64,000 nt of DNA from contig CAVRBU010000004.1 in the NCBI GenBank assembly GCA_963719315.1, forward strand, positions 352,001-416,000, written 5' to 3'. Shown in pieces: positions 1 to 9,929 of the stretch (position 1 is its first letter; each line of letters opens with the position of its first letter). The position numbers were made by a program, and so were the translations under genes. Origin of the DNA: an uncultured Planctomycetota bacterium (GTDB lineage Bacteria > Planctomycetota > Planctomycetia > Pirellulales > Lacipirellulaceae). The notes beneath the pieces are model-generated. The model did not search any database, had not been told where the DNA came from, and saw only the letters and a list, made by a program, of their open reading frames with translations.

Positions 1-141
1 CGGTGCTCTGCCGATTGAAGCTACGCTGGCAAAGGGTCATTTTCGGCGAATTCGCCATTCTATCGCCGATTGGCCCGGCCATCAATCGCGTTGCGGCCTG
101 CCCCCGGATACAATAGTCGGCCAACCCGAGGAGCAACCCAG

Positions 142-1398
142 ATGTGGCGAAAAACTTGTTATTGCATCGTGATCCTGGCCGTGGTGCCTACCCTCGCCGC
201 GGCCAAGATCGACCAGCGGCCGATTAACGTAAGAGTGGTGCCCGCTTTCCCCTCCCTGCAATGGCCCGATTGGACCCGCGGATTGGATGAGGGCAAACCG
301 CAAGACCCGCGACCGCTTCTCATCATGGGCACCGGCGACGGCACGAACCGCATCTTTGTCGGCTCCGAATACGGCACGATCCACGTTTGGCCGAACGACC
401 CGAACATCAAGGAGATGCAAACGTTCATCGATATCCGCGACCGGGTGCAGTACGACGACAAGCAAAATGAAGAAGGCTTCCTGGGCCTCGCGTTCCACCC
501 AAAGTTCAAGGAGAACGGACAGTTCTTCGTCTACTACACTGCCAAACCGACGCCGGAGAATCCGCACCTCTCCGTAATCTCGCGGTTCAGCGTTTCAAAA
601 GATGACCCCAACCGCGGCGATCCGAACAGCGAGGAAGTCATCATGACGATCCCTCAACCGTTTTGGAATCACAATGGCGGCACGCTCGTTTTCGGACCGG
701 ATGGCTACTTATATGTAGGATTGGGTGACGGCGGTCTCCGAGACGACCCACACGGCAACGGCCAAAATCTCAAAACACTGCTCGGCTCGATTCTCCGCAT
801 CGATGTCGATCACAAAGACCCCGGTCTGGGCTACGCCATTCCTAGAGACAATCCTTTCGTCGGTTGCAAGGACGCCCGCGGTGAAATCTGGGCGTATGGA
901 ATTCGCAACGTCTGGCGAATCGCATTCGATCGCGCGACCGGCGACCTGTGGGCCGGCGAAGTCGGCCAGGATACCTGGGAGGAAATCGACATCATCACCC
1001 GCGGCGGAAACTATGGCTGGAACCTGCGCGAGTCTATGCACCCATTCACGCCCAAAGACAGCCCGACTCCCCAAGGCAGTCCGCCGCGGCCCGACCTCAT
1101 CGAACCGATTTGGGAATACAACCACAGTCTCGGTAAGTCGATCACCGGCGGCAGCGTGTACCGCGGCAAACAAGTGCCCGAACTCAGCGGCGCGTACATC
1201 TACGCCGATTACGTAACGGGCCAGATCTGGGCCATCTGGTACGATCTCGACAAAAAGCAAGTCACCGCCAACCGCACGATTCAGGAAAAGGGCCTCCCTG
1301 TCCTCTCGTTCGGCGAAGACGATCAGGGCGAAATCTATTTCCTTACCCAAGCCGGCGGCATCTACAAATTCGCATCGCCAAACGCAGAAAAGAAATAA
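142..1398 (+). CDS. Secreted PQQ-dependent glucose/sorbosone dehydrogenase-family beta-propeller protein
   Basis: Signal peptide MWRKTCYCIVILAVVPTLAAA after gaggag RBS; motifs EEGFLGLAFHP, NHNGG..FGPDGYLYVGLGDGG, IWAYGIRNVWR, GGNYGW, SFGED. Confidence 0.85.
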   Translation: MWRKTCYCIVILAVVPTLAAAKIDQRPINVRVVPAFPSLQWPDWTRGLDEGKPQDPRPLLIMGTGDGTNRIFVGSEYGTIHVWPNDPNIKEMQTFIDIRDRVQYDDKQNEEGFLGLAFHPKFKENGQFFVYYTAKPTPENPHLSVISRFSVSKDDPNRGDPNSEEVIMTIPQPFWNHNGGTLVFGPDGYLYVGLGDGGLRDDPHGNGQNLKTLLGSILRIDVDHKDPGLGYAIPRDNPFVGCKDARGEIWAYGIRNVWRIAFDRATGDLWAGEVGQDTWEEIDIITRGGNYGWNLRESMHPFTPKDSPTPQGSPPRPDLIEPIWEYNHSLGKSITGGSVYRGKQVPELSGAYIYADYVTGQIWAIWYDLDKKQVTANRTIQEKGLPVLSFGEDDQGEIYFLTQAGGIYKFASPNAEKK

Positions 1399-1399
1399 A

Positions 1400-1417
1400 A
1401 AAGAGGATAACCTCTTT
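1400..1417. terminator. Short hairpin between convergent genes
   Basis: aaagagg-ataa-cctcttt directly after the stop at 1398 and before the convergent stop at 1420. Confidence 0.4.
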
Positions 1418-1419
1418 GG

Positions 1420-1804
1420 CTAATCCCTAGCCTTAAGTATCGGCAAAAACGCCGGCGCCTGCTCCGCCAGCCGCGATCCGAGCCTCTCGGTACAATCGCA
1501 TTCGCCGAAGGCCCACGGATCGCTGCCGTTTTCGTCGCGGCAGTTCCGCCGCGTATGAGCGTCTTGCACCTTCACGAGATCAAAATACTCTTCCCAATAA
1601 GGCCGCTCTTCTTCCAGTGGCACGTTGCAATAGCACACTTCCACCCAACGCGCAGTGTCATCATTAAAGAGGCGAGCCTCCCGCATATTGCGCAAGTACG
1701 CATCCCCCGCCACCGAACCTGCCCCCCAACGTGCCGCGCTCGATCGCTTCCAACAGCGCCTGCTCTTTTCCCGGCTTCACCCGTCCACGGACCAAATATC
1801 GCAT
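1420..1804 (-). CDS. Small Cys-containing hypothetical protein (about 127 aa) with one apparent frameshift
   Basis: ATG at 1804 reads MRYLVRGRVKPGKEQALLEAIERGTLG; removing one base from the G6 run near 1722-1727 joins it to the 1420..1713 ORF (AGDAYLRNM..EVCYC..PYWEEYF..CDC). Confidence 0.6.
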
Positions 1805-1921
1805 GAGCTAATTCTTGCGTCACTCAGTTTCATGGCAACCCGCATGTCGCTCTGCGGCTTAGTGATAGCAATCAACTTCGGTTATAATTGCCCGTTGACG
1901 CCAACTCCACGCGAGGCTGCC

Positions 1922-2746
1922 ATGACAACTATGCCCGCCACTCACCTCGACACCCCATACTCACTTGACACCGCTGTCATACAGCGATTCCAAAACGACG
2001 GCTTCGTCCGCCTTTCAAACGTTTTGAGCCAGGAAGTGTTGGCCGAGTTCACGCCGGAAATCACGCGGATGGTCGACGAAGGCAATCGCTTGAAAGACGT
2101 CCCGTTCGAAGAGCGCACGCTCTACGACCAGGCTTTCATCCAGGTGATGAATCTCTGGACGCGCAACGAACGCGTCCGCGAATTCGCGTTCAGCAAACGG
2201 CTGGCCCGCATCGCCGCCGATCTCATGGGCACACGCGGCGTGCGGATGTGGCACGATCAGGCGCTCTACAAAGAACCCTCCGGCGGCTTCACGCCGTGGC
2301 ACGTCGACCAACAGTATTGGCCGATGGCCAACCCTCATTCGGTCACTGCCTGGATTCCGCTCCAACCGGTGCCGATCGAAAAGGGCCCGCTCTGTTTCGG
2401 CCGCGGCAGCCACCGCAAGCGCATCGGCCACGACCTCGAAATCAGCGCCGAAAGCGAGCAGCGAATTCGCGATGCCGTTCGCAAAGAAAAAATCGACGAG
2501 GTGCAAGAGCCCTACGCGCTGGGCGACGTCAGCTTTCACCTCGGCTGGACTTTACACCGCGCCGGGCCCAACACCACGAACGACATCCGCCGCGTGTTCA
2601 CGATCATTTATATGGACATCGACATGCGTCTCGCGCCGCCCAAGAACAAGAACCAACAATTAGACTGGGAGACCTGGACCCCCAGCACCCAACTCGGCGA
2701 AATCATGGCCGACCCGCTGAACCCCATCCTCTACGAGCGCGACTAG
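1922..2746 (+). CDS. Phytanoyl-CoA dioxygenase (PhyH) family Fe(II)/2-oxoglutarate dioxygenase
   Basis: FQNDGFVRL, WHDQALYKEP, TPWHVD (HxD), TAWIPL, FHLGWTLHRAGPN (distal His); gagg RBS before ATG 1922. Confidence 0.85.
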   Translation: MTTMPATHLDTPYSLDTAVIQRFQNDGFVRLSNVLSQEVLAEFTPEITRMVDEGNRLKDVPFEERTLYDQAFIQVMNLWTRNERVREFAFSKRLARIAADLMGTRGVRMWHDQALYKEPSGGFTPWHVDQQYWPMANPHSVTAWIPLQPVPIEKGPLCFGRGSHRKRIGHDLEISAESEQRIRDAVRKEKIDEVQEPYALGDVSFHLGWTLHRAGPNTTNDIRRVFTIIYMDIDMRLAPPKNKNQQLDWETWTPSTQLGEIMADPLNPILYERD

Positions 2747-2869
2747 TGCTTTGTCACAGCTAAAAATGGGGTTGGGCGCATCAGCCGCAGGGCGCTAGCC
2801 CCGGGTTGTGCCGCTCCAACCGGGGGCTAGCGCCCTGCGGCTAATCCCAAAATCAAGACAAAGCACTAG
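2743..2869. mobile_element. 127-bp MITE-like element with IS630-like ends enclosing a REP-type hairpin
   Basis: Perfect terminal inverted repeat CTAGTGCTTTGTC (2743-2755) / GACAAAGCACTAG (2857-2869); internal stem agccgcagggcgctagcccc (2783-2802) / ggggctagcgccctgcggct (2823-2842). Confidence 0.75.
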
Positions 2870-2892
2870 CTCACCGCTTGCGTTTTACCGCC

Positions 2893-4362
2893 TCACCGCC
2901 GCCGCTCTCGCAACCGCGCCGCCAAATCCGCCACCCGCGGATCACGATCTCGAATCGCGATCTGCCACGCGGCTTCCACGAGAGACTTGTCGTCCGACGT
3001 TGCCATCACCGTTACCGCGGAGAGGCGCACGTCGGCATTCTCATCCTCTGCCAGTAGCAGCAGCCAGGGCCGTGCGTCCACACCGGGCTCGGTCAACACG
3101 CTATCGACGACCCGCATCCGCGTTGCCAAATTGTCCGACAGATATTGTTTTATGACTCGCGCCGGCAACCGCCGAAATCCGCGAGCGGCGAGATCTTCCT
3201 CGATTTCGAAGCGTTGGCTCACGCTCGCATCGCGCCAACGTTCGAGCAGCGCCCGCGTTTCCTCAGCAGAAGACGCCGAATCATCCACCCCTTGTTGTTT
3301 GGCATCAAGCTTACGGCCAAGAGGCGGCTTGGCGTCGGTGGCCGACTGCTTTGTGTCACGCACTTTTGCAGTGACCGGCGCTGCCGGCAAAATGCGGTAC
3401 ATCGGTAGCGACCAATCCGGTCGCCACGTCGGATCGTCCGGCGACAGCTTTCTCTCGTTTGAACCAAGATCGCCCAGCCCATCCATAGAAGCTTGACCGT
3501 CGTCGCTTCGATTGACGTTTTTCGACCGCAGCCCCGCATCGTTCGCCGCTGGCGGTTGGAGAGGCTTCGATTCGCTTGGCCCTGAAGCGTCGGAGTTCGT
3601 CCCCACATCATGCATCACCGGCTGCGAAGGAAATTCTGAAAAATCGTGTTCCAGCCGGACTTGCTGCGACTCGCGGCCATCTATCTCGGCCGCCGGCGAA
3701 GCGATTTCTTTTTTTGGCGCCTCGTCCGCCGGCTCGGCACGGCCCGCGATCGGCGCGGCCGAGGGATTAGCTTTCTCCACTACCGACATGATCTCATCAC
3801 AATGCAGGGCCACCATCGGAGTTTTCTTCGCCGGGCATTTGTTCGCCACCCGGACGATCTTCCGTGTCGCGCTCGACAGCCATGGATAGTCGCTTGGTGG
3901 AAACGCATGTCGCTGTGCCGCTAGCGCGGCGGCCAGCTCTGTCACCTGCCCGGCGACACTATTCACACGCTGCTTCTTATCCACCTGCCGTTGCCACAAA
4001 CCCAGCATGCGGTTGATTGCCACCTGTGCGGTGTCGGCCGTTGCGTGCTCGTCCGAAGCGGCCGCTTCCGCAAGGATCGACAACGGCGGATTCGGTATCG
4101 CCGCCAACTGGCGCACGGCCGTTGTCGCCTCGACTTTCTCGCCGTGCGCAACCTGATCCGCCAGGTCCGCAATGACATCGGACCGCTGCCATGCAGCTAG
4201 CCCGACCACCGACAGAAACCCGATCACTACTACCAACGGCAACGTATAGAGAGTTACACGACGCTTCGATGGTGCAAGCACACTAAGTCTCCAGCAGTAT
4301 TCCTTCGAGATGAGGGGGCGGCATTGTCTGTGGACAACCGCCCCGCAAGCAAGATCAATCAA
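2893..4362 (-). CDS. Membrane-anchored hypothetical protein with HEAT-like helical repeats (start uncertain, probably near 4280)
   Basis: Long ORF; TM segment LPLVVVIGFLSVVGLAAW; HEAT-like C-terminus (LLLLAEDENADVRLSAV, DRDPRVADLA); low-complexity linker. Confidence 0.65.
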   Translation of the reverse strand: MIDLACGAVVHRQCRPLISKEYCWRLSVLAPSKRRVTLYTLPLVVVIGFLSVVGLAAWQRSDVIADLADQVAHGEKVEATTAVRQLAAIPNPPLSILAEAAASDEHATADTAQVAINRMLGLWQRQVDKKQRVNSVAGQVTELAAALAAQRHAFPPSDYPWLSSATRKIVRVANKCPAKKTPMVALHCDEIMSVVEKANPSAAPIAGRAEPADEAPKKEIASPAAEIDGRESQQVRLEHDFSEFPSQPVMHDVGTNSDASGPSESKPLQPPAANDAGLRSKNVNRSDDGQASMDGLGDLGSNERKLSPDDPTWRPDWSLPMYRILPAAPVTAKVRDTKQSATDAKPPLGRKLDAKQQGVDDSASSAEETRALLERWRDASVSQRFEIEEDLAARGFRRLPARVIKQYLSDNLATRMRVVDSVLTEPGVDARPWLLLLAEDENADVRLSAVTVMATSDDKSLVEAAWQIAIRDRDPRVADLAARLRERRR

Positions 4363-4597
4363 CGTCCGCCGCCGACCGGCAGCACGCGCGACAAATACAT
4401 CTGAAACCTGCGCAAATCATGGTCCGAAGTCCGGCCGATAGCTGATGACCGATAGCTAATAGCGCCGCCCCGATGCCGATCACCATTTTTACTGACGCCA
4501 AGTCCTTCCGCCGTCCGAATTATTTATCGGATCGACAAAGTTTGACGGCGCGACAGCAACCACGCCGGCCGAACGCGTCGGATTTGGGGGGATTTCG

Positions 4598-5531
4598 ATG
4601 ATGTGGGTTGATCACGCTATCGGCGCGGCGCGCGCAAGTCCGCTCGTTCGGCATCCGGCCGGCATTGTGGCGTCGCGGTGCTTCTGTCGATCGCGCTTGG
4701 CAGTCTCTTGCAAGCAGCGCCGCCAAGTTATGACGGATCAAACACCACCGATGCCACGTCGAGTCGCAGTGTGCGCGATGAAGCCGTGCGCCTGATTCCC
4801 TGGAAGCAGATGTCTCCAGCGAATCGCAAGACTACGCAATCCATCATCAACAATGCCAGCATCTACCGCCGCCTGCCAACGCGGGTCGTCGACTGCGACC
4901 CCGACCTGTTCACGTTCCTGTTGCAACACCCCGAAGTGGTGATCGACGTGTGGCGCATCATGGGCGTCAGCCAGGTGGCGCTCAATAGAGCACCGGACGG
5001 CGTTTACCACGGCACCGACGGCGCCGGCACCACCGGCATCGTGCGTTACTTGTTCAGCAATTGGGGCCAGCAATGCAGAACATGGCCGTCGTATATGCCG
5101 AGGGCGCCTATAGCGGCGCCCCGTTCGTCGTGCCGCTCAAGGCTCAGTCGATCATGTTCGTCCGCTCCAGCGCCGTTCGTGAAACAAACGGCCGGAGTTA
5201 CATCACCGTGAGGATGGATTCGTTTGTCCGCGTCGAGCAGCTCGGCGTCGAGATCATCGCCAAAACGGTCCAACCCTGGATCAGCAAAACGGCCGACCAG
5301 AACCTCATCGAAACGATGACGTTCGTGAGCAATTTTTCGCGCACGGCGGAAAAAAACCCATCCGGCATGCAACGGCTGGCCACGCGGCTCAACTCTGTCG
5401 ATGAGCCCACGCGCAACGAACTCGTGGCGCTCTGTTTCCGCACCGCCGAACGCTCCGCACAGCGTAACCAGCCCACCCGCACCGGCGCGATCCTGACCCA
5501 CCGCGCCGACATTGCCGCCAACGACCGTTAA
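4598..5531 (+). CDS. Conserved hypothetical secreted protein split over three frames (shifts near 4680 and 5065)
   Basis: ORFs 4598, 4678 and 5061 read as one continuous protein (..IYRRLPTRVVDCDPDLFTFLLQHPEVV..GTDGAGTTG..VVYAEGAYSG..KTADQNLIET..). Confidence 0.6.
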
Positions 5532-6394
5532 CGCCGCCCACGCCCGCTTCGCAAAGTAAGCAGCCCACCGCTCGCCAGCAGCGTTAATGCCGCCAATGAC
5601 GGTTCCGGCACCGAAGATGGCGACAACAGTGACGCGGACCCAGCCGCGAACATCGCAGCCTCGTTGTCCGACGCGATGAGCGCACTGCTGACCAGCGATT
5701 TCAGGCTCGACGATGTCCCGCCACTCGTTCCCCCGCCGGCAGCCACGATGTCCGATAAAAATGTTGACACGTCCGTCTGAAACGACTGGTATGTAGGCAG
5801 ATTCGTCTGCAACGTCGACTGCTTTTCGGTCAGCGAAGTAATCTTGCTATCGAGCCGATCCGTAATGTGGTTGATCCACATCGTGATTCGATCCAGCCGC
5901 GCGGCCGACAAGCTGTCGTCCGCCTGATACTTGGCTAGCAGATCATTGAAGAAAGTCACGTCGTCGTTAGCGAAGGTTATAATACTGTCAAGTCGGTCGA
6001 TACTGTGCTCGACACCACTGACAAACAGGCCATACCGGTCGTCCAGCGTCTGCGTCTTGCCGACGATGTTGTCGTATTCGGTCGAGGTAAAGAAGTCGCT
6101 GCTCCCGGCGACTCCGTCGTTGTATTGGGTCATCAAGCTATCGAACCGGTTTTCAAACCGCGTCTGGATTCGATCGGCATCAAAAAAACCCAGCCCGAGG
6201 CCGAAACCGAAGCCCAAGCCATCAAAGCCTTGGTGGTGGTCGCCGGTCCAGCCCCAGCCCCAATCGCCGACACCAAGCCCCCCAAATCCCCGCAGCATCC
6301 CAAATCCACGGTCTTCACCATGCGCGCTGGCGGGCACAGCAATAAGCAATAGGCCCAACAAGGCAAACGTCGTCGTCTTCACGTGATTCCTCAT
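5528..6394 (-). CDS. PEP-CTERM protein with Gly/Phe/Trp-rich N-terminus and helical body
   Basis: Signal peptide MRNHVKTTTFALLGLLLIAVPASA; C-terminal VPEPSLAALTLLASGGLLTLRSGRGRR. Confidence 0.8.
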   Translation of the reverse strand: MRNHVKTTTFALLGLLLIAVPASAHGEDRGFGMLRGFGGLGVGDWGWGWTGDHHQGFDGLGFGFGLGLGFFDADRIQTRFENRFDSLMTQYNDGVAGSSDFFTSTEYDNIVGKTQTLDDRYGLFVSGVEHSIDRLDSIITFANDDVTFFNDLLAKYQADDSLSAARLDRITMWINHITDRLDSKITSLTEKQSTLQTNLPTYQSFQTDVSTFLSDIVAAGGGTSGGTSSSLKSLVSSALIASDNEAAMFAAGSASLLSPSSVPEPSLAALTLLASGGLLTLRSGRGRR

Positions 6395-6602
6395 GGTTGA
6401 ATTGAGTGTGTTGTTTATTTCGGCTCGGCCGAGCCATTTGCCGCTGATCCAAGCGATATTTACACCCTTACGTTTCTTGGACCGGAAAAGTGCGACCCGC
6501 GTCACGAGAATTGCGCACGATTCCACGTAACTCGGTCAACCGACTTTAGCGAACTGAGTGCGACATAGATTACTATCCCGGATAGAGGTTTGCCCAAAAA
6601 GC

Positions 6603-6629
6603 AGGTCCCGCTCGGCAAGCGGGACCTAC
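6603..6629. repeat. GTAG-type REP hairpin, identical to the copy at 8589-8615
   Basis: aggtcccgctcggcaagcgggacctac. Confidence 0.8.
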
Positions 6630-6825
6630 TAAAGCTTGGTTTTGTGCCCCTATTTCCATGGGGAATGCTCGTTCATTCGTGAGCGCAGTTTTTGTACGGT
6701 CGTGTGGGAGTCGCCAAGCAACAATAGCGCCGATCACGGGATTCAGCGAGAATTGTCCGCGGGGTTTCGTGCGCTCGGTTGCTAACAGCTTGTGTGGCCA
6801 CGCGTTAGAATTGGGCGCCTGGTAG

Positions 6826-8381
6826 CAGCCTGTTGAAGAAGTTGGTATTTGGTGATTTTAGGCAGCCAACGCGAGCGGTTGGTTGATGGTTGATTTTTGT
6901 CGGCCGGTCGGCGGCGTGGGCGTCAGCAGACGCTCCAGCGCGGCCAGGGTGTTAAACAACACAACATGCAAGGCGTCGGCAAGCCCGCCGTTCCCTTGCA
7001 GGCTCCTGGCCGTGCCGATTCCGAACAAGTGGCGCAGGACGAGGCCCAGATTGCGTGCCATGGCCGACGTCAGGTATCGCTTTCTCACTTTCTCGATACC
7101 ATGCAGCCACGTTCGCCGACTGCCGCCCGTCTCGCAGACGTGGGCGAAACTCCGCTCGACCTTCTCACTCCTCTCGCGCTGTAGAGCACGTCCTCGCTTT
7201 CCTTTGACCCGGCGGCGGTTGCCCGTCACCGCCCGACGCTCTTCGTCCGCTTTGTTTTTCCAATTGCGACGATGCGCGTGCTGTGGTTCGGCGATGTACG
7301 TTCGTAGACCCTCGGTGAATTCCAATTCGGCCAGCGTCTCGTTCCCCGAGTAGCCTTTGTCCGCCACCGTCTCCTCGATGTCCGCGTCGCTGTCGGCTTG
7401 AATCAAGTTGTCTTGCGCTTGGCTGAGGCTCGGGCCGATCGTGTCCACGTCGGCCGCGTTGGCGTGATAGATCTCGGCCGCCAGGATCAGCTCCGTGTCC
7501 AGATCGACGACGTGTTCGGCCTTGTAGGCCAGATGCGTGCGGCCGTCCTTCATCCGGGTGATCCGGCTGTCTGGGTCGGTTTCGCTCTGCCATTCTTGGT
7601 TCGAGACCTTTTTGTCCTTGCGCTGGCGATCGAACCGAGCAATCTCCTCGGCTGAGGGTTCGTCGCCCGGCTCGATCTGGCCTGCTTCCTGCATCAGACG
7701 CCGAACATACTCCTGCCAGTCCTCGCCCGTGTCGCGCCTGACGATGCTCTTCATGGCCGCGTCGGCCTCCAGGGTCGTGGCGTCGACGCCCACCGTCTTG
7801 CCGGCGAGCAGGCCTTGCTGCTCAGCCACCTCGAGCACGAAGCAGAATACTTGCCGATGAACCGACAACGGCAGTCGGTCGCGGACCCGCGTCAGGCTCG
7901 AATGGTCAGGCGTCTCTTCGCCGAGCGGGACGCCCAGAAATTCTCGCAAGCTGAGACTGTCGGCACACCGCCAGGCGATGCCCCGCTGCGAGCCGAGGCC
8001 CTCGAAGTAGCCCACCAACAGCATCCGGAAGTAGACGCCCGGCGGAATGCCGGGCCGCCCCATCGTTTCGTGATAGTACGGCTCACAGAGCCTTTCGACG
8101 AACTCGTCGAAGCCGGCTGCTCGCAGCAATTGATTGAGCTTGCCGTAAAACACATGCCCTTCCGACCGCGGCAACTGGTCCACCGGGATCCAGAAGGACG
8201 ACTGCTGCTCTTGGTTGCGGTGTCCCAACGCCATCCGTGATCTCCTCAATTCGGCTCTGCGGATGCCTGAGCAAAACAATAATCGCTCTTACACTGGCAT
8301 CCACGCCAACCGCAGGCGACAATTTAGCGCCATGCCGTCGTTAGCGAAAGTCTATCCAAAGGAGACTTCTTCAACAGGCTG
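6826..8381 (-). mobile_element. Intact IS1182/IS5-like insertion sequence (1556 bp)
   Basis: Perfect 17-bp TIR cagcctgttgaagaagt (6826-6842) / acttcttcaacaggctg (8365-8381); 4-bp direct repeat GTAG at 6822-6825 and 8382-8385. Confidence 0.9.
6858..8234 (-). CDS. DDE transposase (DUF772 N-terminal domain; IS1182-like)
   Basis: GRPGIPPGVYFRMLL, TPDHSSLTR, VDATTLEA, TDPDSR, VADKGY, RSEKVERSFA; gaggag RBS before ATG 8234. Confidence 0.9.
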   Translation of the reverse strand: MALGHRNQEQQSSFWIPVDQLPRSEGHVFYGKLNQLLRAAGFDEFVERLCEPYYHETMGRPGIPPGVYFRMLLVGYFEGLGSQRGIAWRCADSLSLREFLGVPLGEETPDHSSLTRVRDRLPLSVHRQVFCFVLEVAEQQGLLAGKTVGVDATTLEADAAMKSIVRRDTGEDWQEYVRRLMQEAGQIEPGDEPSAEEIARFDRQRKDKKVSNQEWQSETDPDSRITRMKDGRTHLAYKAEHVVDLDTELILAAEIYHANAADVDTIGPSLSQAQDNLIQADSDADIEETVADKGYSGNETLAELEFTEGLRTYIAEPQHAHRRNWKNKADEERRAVTGNRRRVKGKRGRALQRERSEKVERSFAHVCETGGSRRTWLHGIEKVRKRYLTSAMARNLGLVLRHLFGIGTARSLQGNGGLADALHVVLFNTLAALERLLTPTPPTGRQKSTINQPLALAA

Positions 8382-8532
8382 GTAGGGGTCCCATAGAACG
8401 CGTACAAAAGTCTTTCGTTTTGCTCGACCAGCCGAGCGCGCCGCTCTGCAAATCCCGCGATGGGGCGCGCACGGCGGCGGGCAAAAGTCGGCAAGTTTGC
8501 GTTCATTGATGCACTAACCGAGCGTCTTTGAT

Positions 8533-8615
8533 GTAGGTCCCTTCTGCCGGAAGGGACCTCCGTGCGGGTGGAGTGCGCACAGCCGCTGAGGTCCCGCTCG
8601 GCAAGCGGGACCTAC
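8533..8615. repeat. REP doublet (REPIN) of two inverted GTAG-type hairpins
   Basis: gtaggtcccttctgccggaagggacct ... aggtcccgctcggcaagcgggacctac. Confidence 0.8.
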
Positions 8616-9853
8616 TAGTGGTCTGTCGTTGTTCAGTAGTTAGGGGATAGCATAACGTCTTCAGGTTTTTCACAGGAGGCGAGAAAATGAACTACAACAC
8701 GAAGTATGTGGTGCGGTTGACTGGGGAAGAGCGAGAGGAATTGGCGGCGGTGGTGGGACGAGGCAAGGTGGCGGCGGGCAAGCGTCGCCGAGCCCAGGTG
8801 CTGCTCAAGGCGGACGCCGGCGTCACGGGGTCGGGTCGGACCGACCAGGAGATTTGCGAAGCGTTGGACGTCAAGCGTGGGATTGGTGCATGACGTGCGA
8901 CAGGCGTACGTCGAGCAGGGCCTGAACGTTGCCTTGGAATGGAAGCCTAAGAGCCGGCATCGCCCTCGAAAGTTGGACGGCCAACAGGAGGCCCGCTTGA
9001 TCGCCGTGGCCTGCGGACCGGCTCCGGAAGGACGCGCCCGCTGGACCTTGCGACTGCTGGCCGACAAGTTGGTCGAACTGGAGATCGTCGAGTCGATCAG
9101 CAAGGACGCCGTGCGCAGCGCACTGAAAAAAACGAGCTTAAGCCCTGGTTGAAAGAGCAGTGGGTTCTGCCTAAGCCGCATGACGCGGACTATGTTGCCG
9201 CGATGGAAGACGTTCTGGAGGTCTATCAGCGTCCCTACGACGAGCAACGGCCAGTCGTGTGCGTCGACGAAGCCACCAAGCAATTGGTGGCCGACGTCAC
9301 GCCGCCGCTGCCGATGGAGCCGGGGCAGCCGGCGCGACAGGATTACGAATACGAACGGCGGGGAACAGCGAATCTGTTCATGGTCTGCGAACCTTTGGCG
9401 GGCCGCCGCCGGGTGAAGGTCACCGAACGTCGCGCGAAGGCGGATTTCGCCGACCTGCTGCGCAACATCGCCGACGAGCAGTACCCGACGGCGGAGAAGA
9501 TCGTGCTGGTCATGGACAACCTGAATACGCACAAGCTGTCCGTGCTGTACGCGATCTTCCCGCCTGACGAGGCGCGACGGTTGTGGGAGCGGTTTGAAGT
9601 GCATCACACCCCCAAGCACGCCAGTTGGCTGAACATGGCGGAATGTGAATTGTCCGTGCTGGGAAGGCAGTGCCTGGACCAACGGATCGATTCCCGAGCC
9701 CGCCTGGAGAGCGAAGTTCACGCATGGGAACAACCCCGCAACCAACAACCAGTCCGCGTCGACTGGCAATTCACCGCCGCCGATGCCAGGATCAAGATTA
9801 AACGACTTTATCCCGTACTAGCACCCGTCAACTAAATCGAGACAGACCACTAG
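8615..9853 (+). mobile_element. IS630-family insertion sequence
   Basis: Ends CTAGTGGTCTGTC (8615-8627) / GACAGACCACTAG (9841-9853); CTAG at both junctions. Confidence 0.9.
8687..9835 (+). CDS. IS630 transposase (HTH orfA + DDE orfB) joined by a probable programmed -1 frameshift; extra indel near 8873
   Basis: RRAQVLLKAD, GRARWTLRLLADKLVEL; A7C at 9126-9133; VVCVDE, LVMDNLNTH, TPKHASWLNMAECE, VDWQFT. Confidence 0.85.
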
Positions 9854-9929
9854 TTACTCCTGGTTGCCAAAGAACGAGCGCCGGGATTTTCGGCGCGGAG
9901 ATCGAATGTAGCAGATTGGGCGCGGATTT

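Noticed and set aside
8633..9769. 378-aa antisense ORF over IS630
   Set aside because: Shadow ORF of the transposase on the opposite strand; no independent motifs
6826..9853. Composite transposon formed by the two IS elements
   Set aside because: Different IS families, each with its own target duplication, and no cargo gene between them
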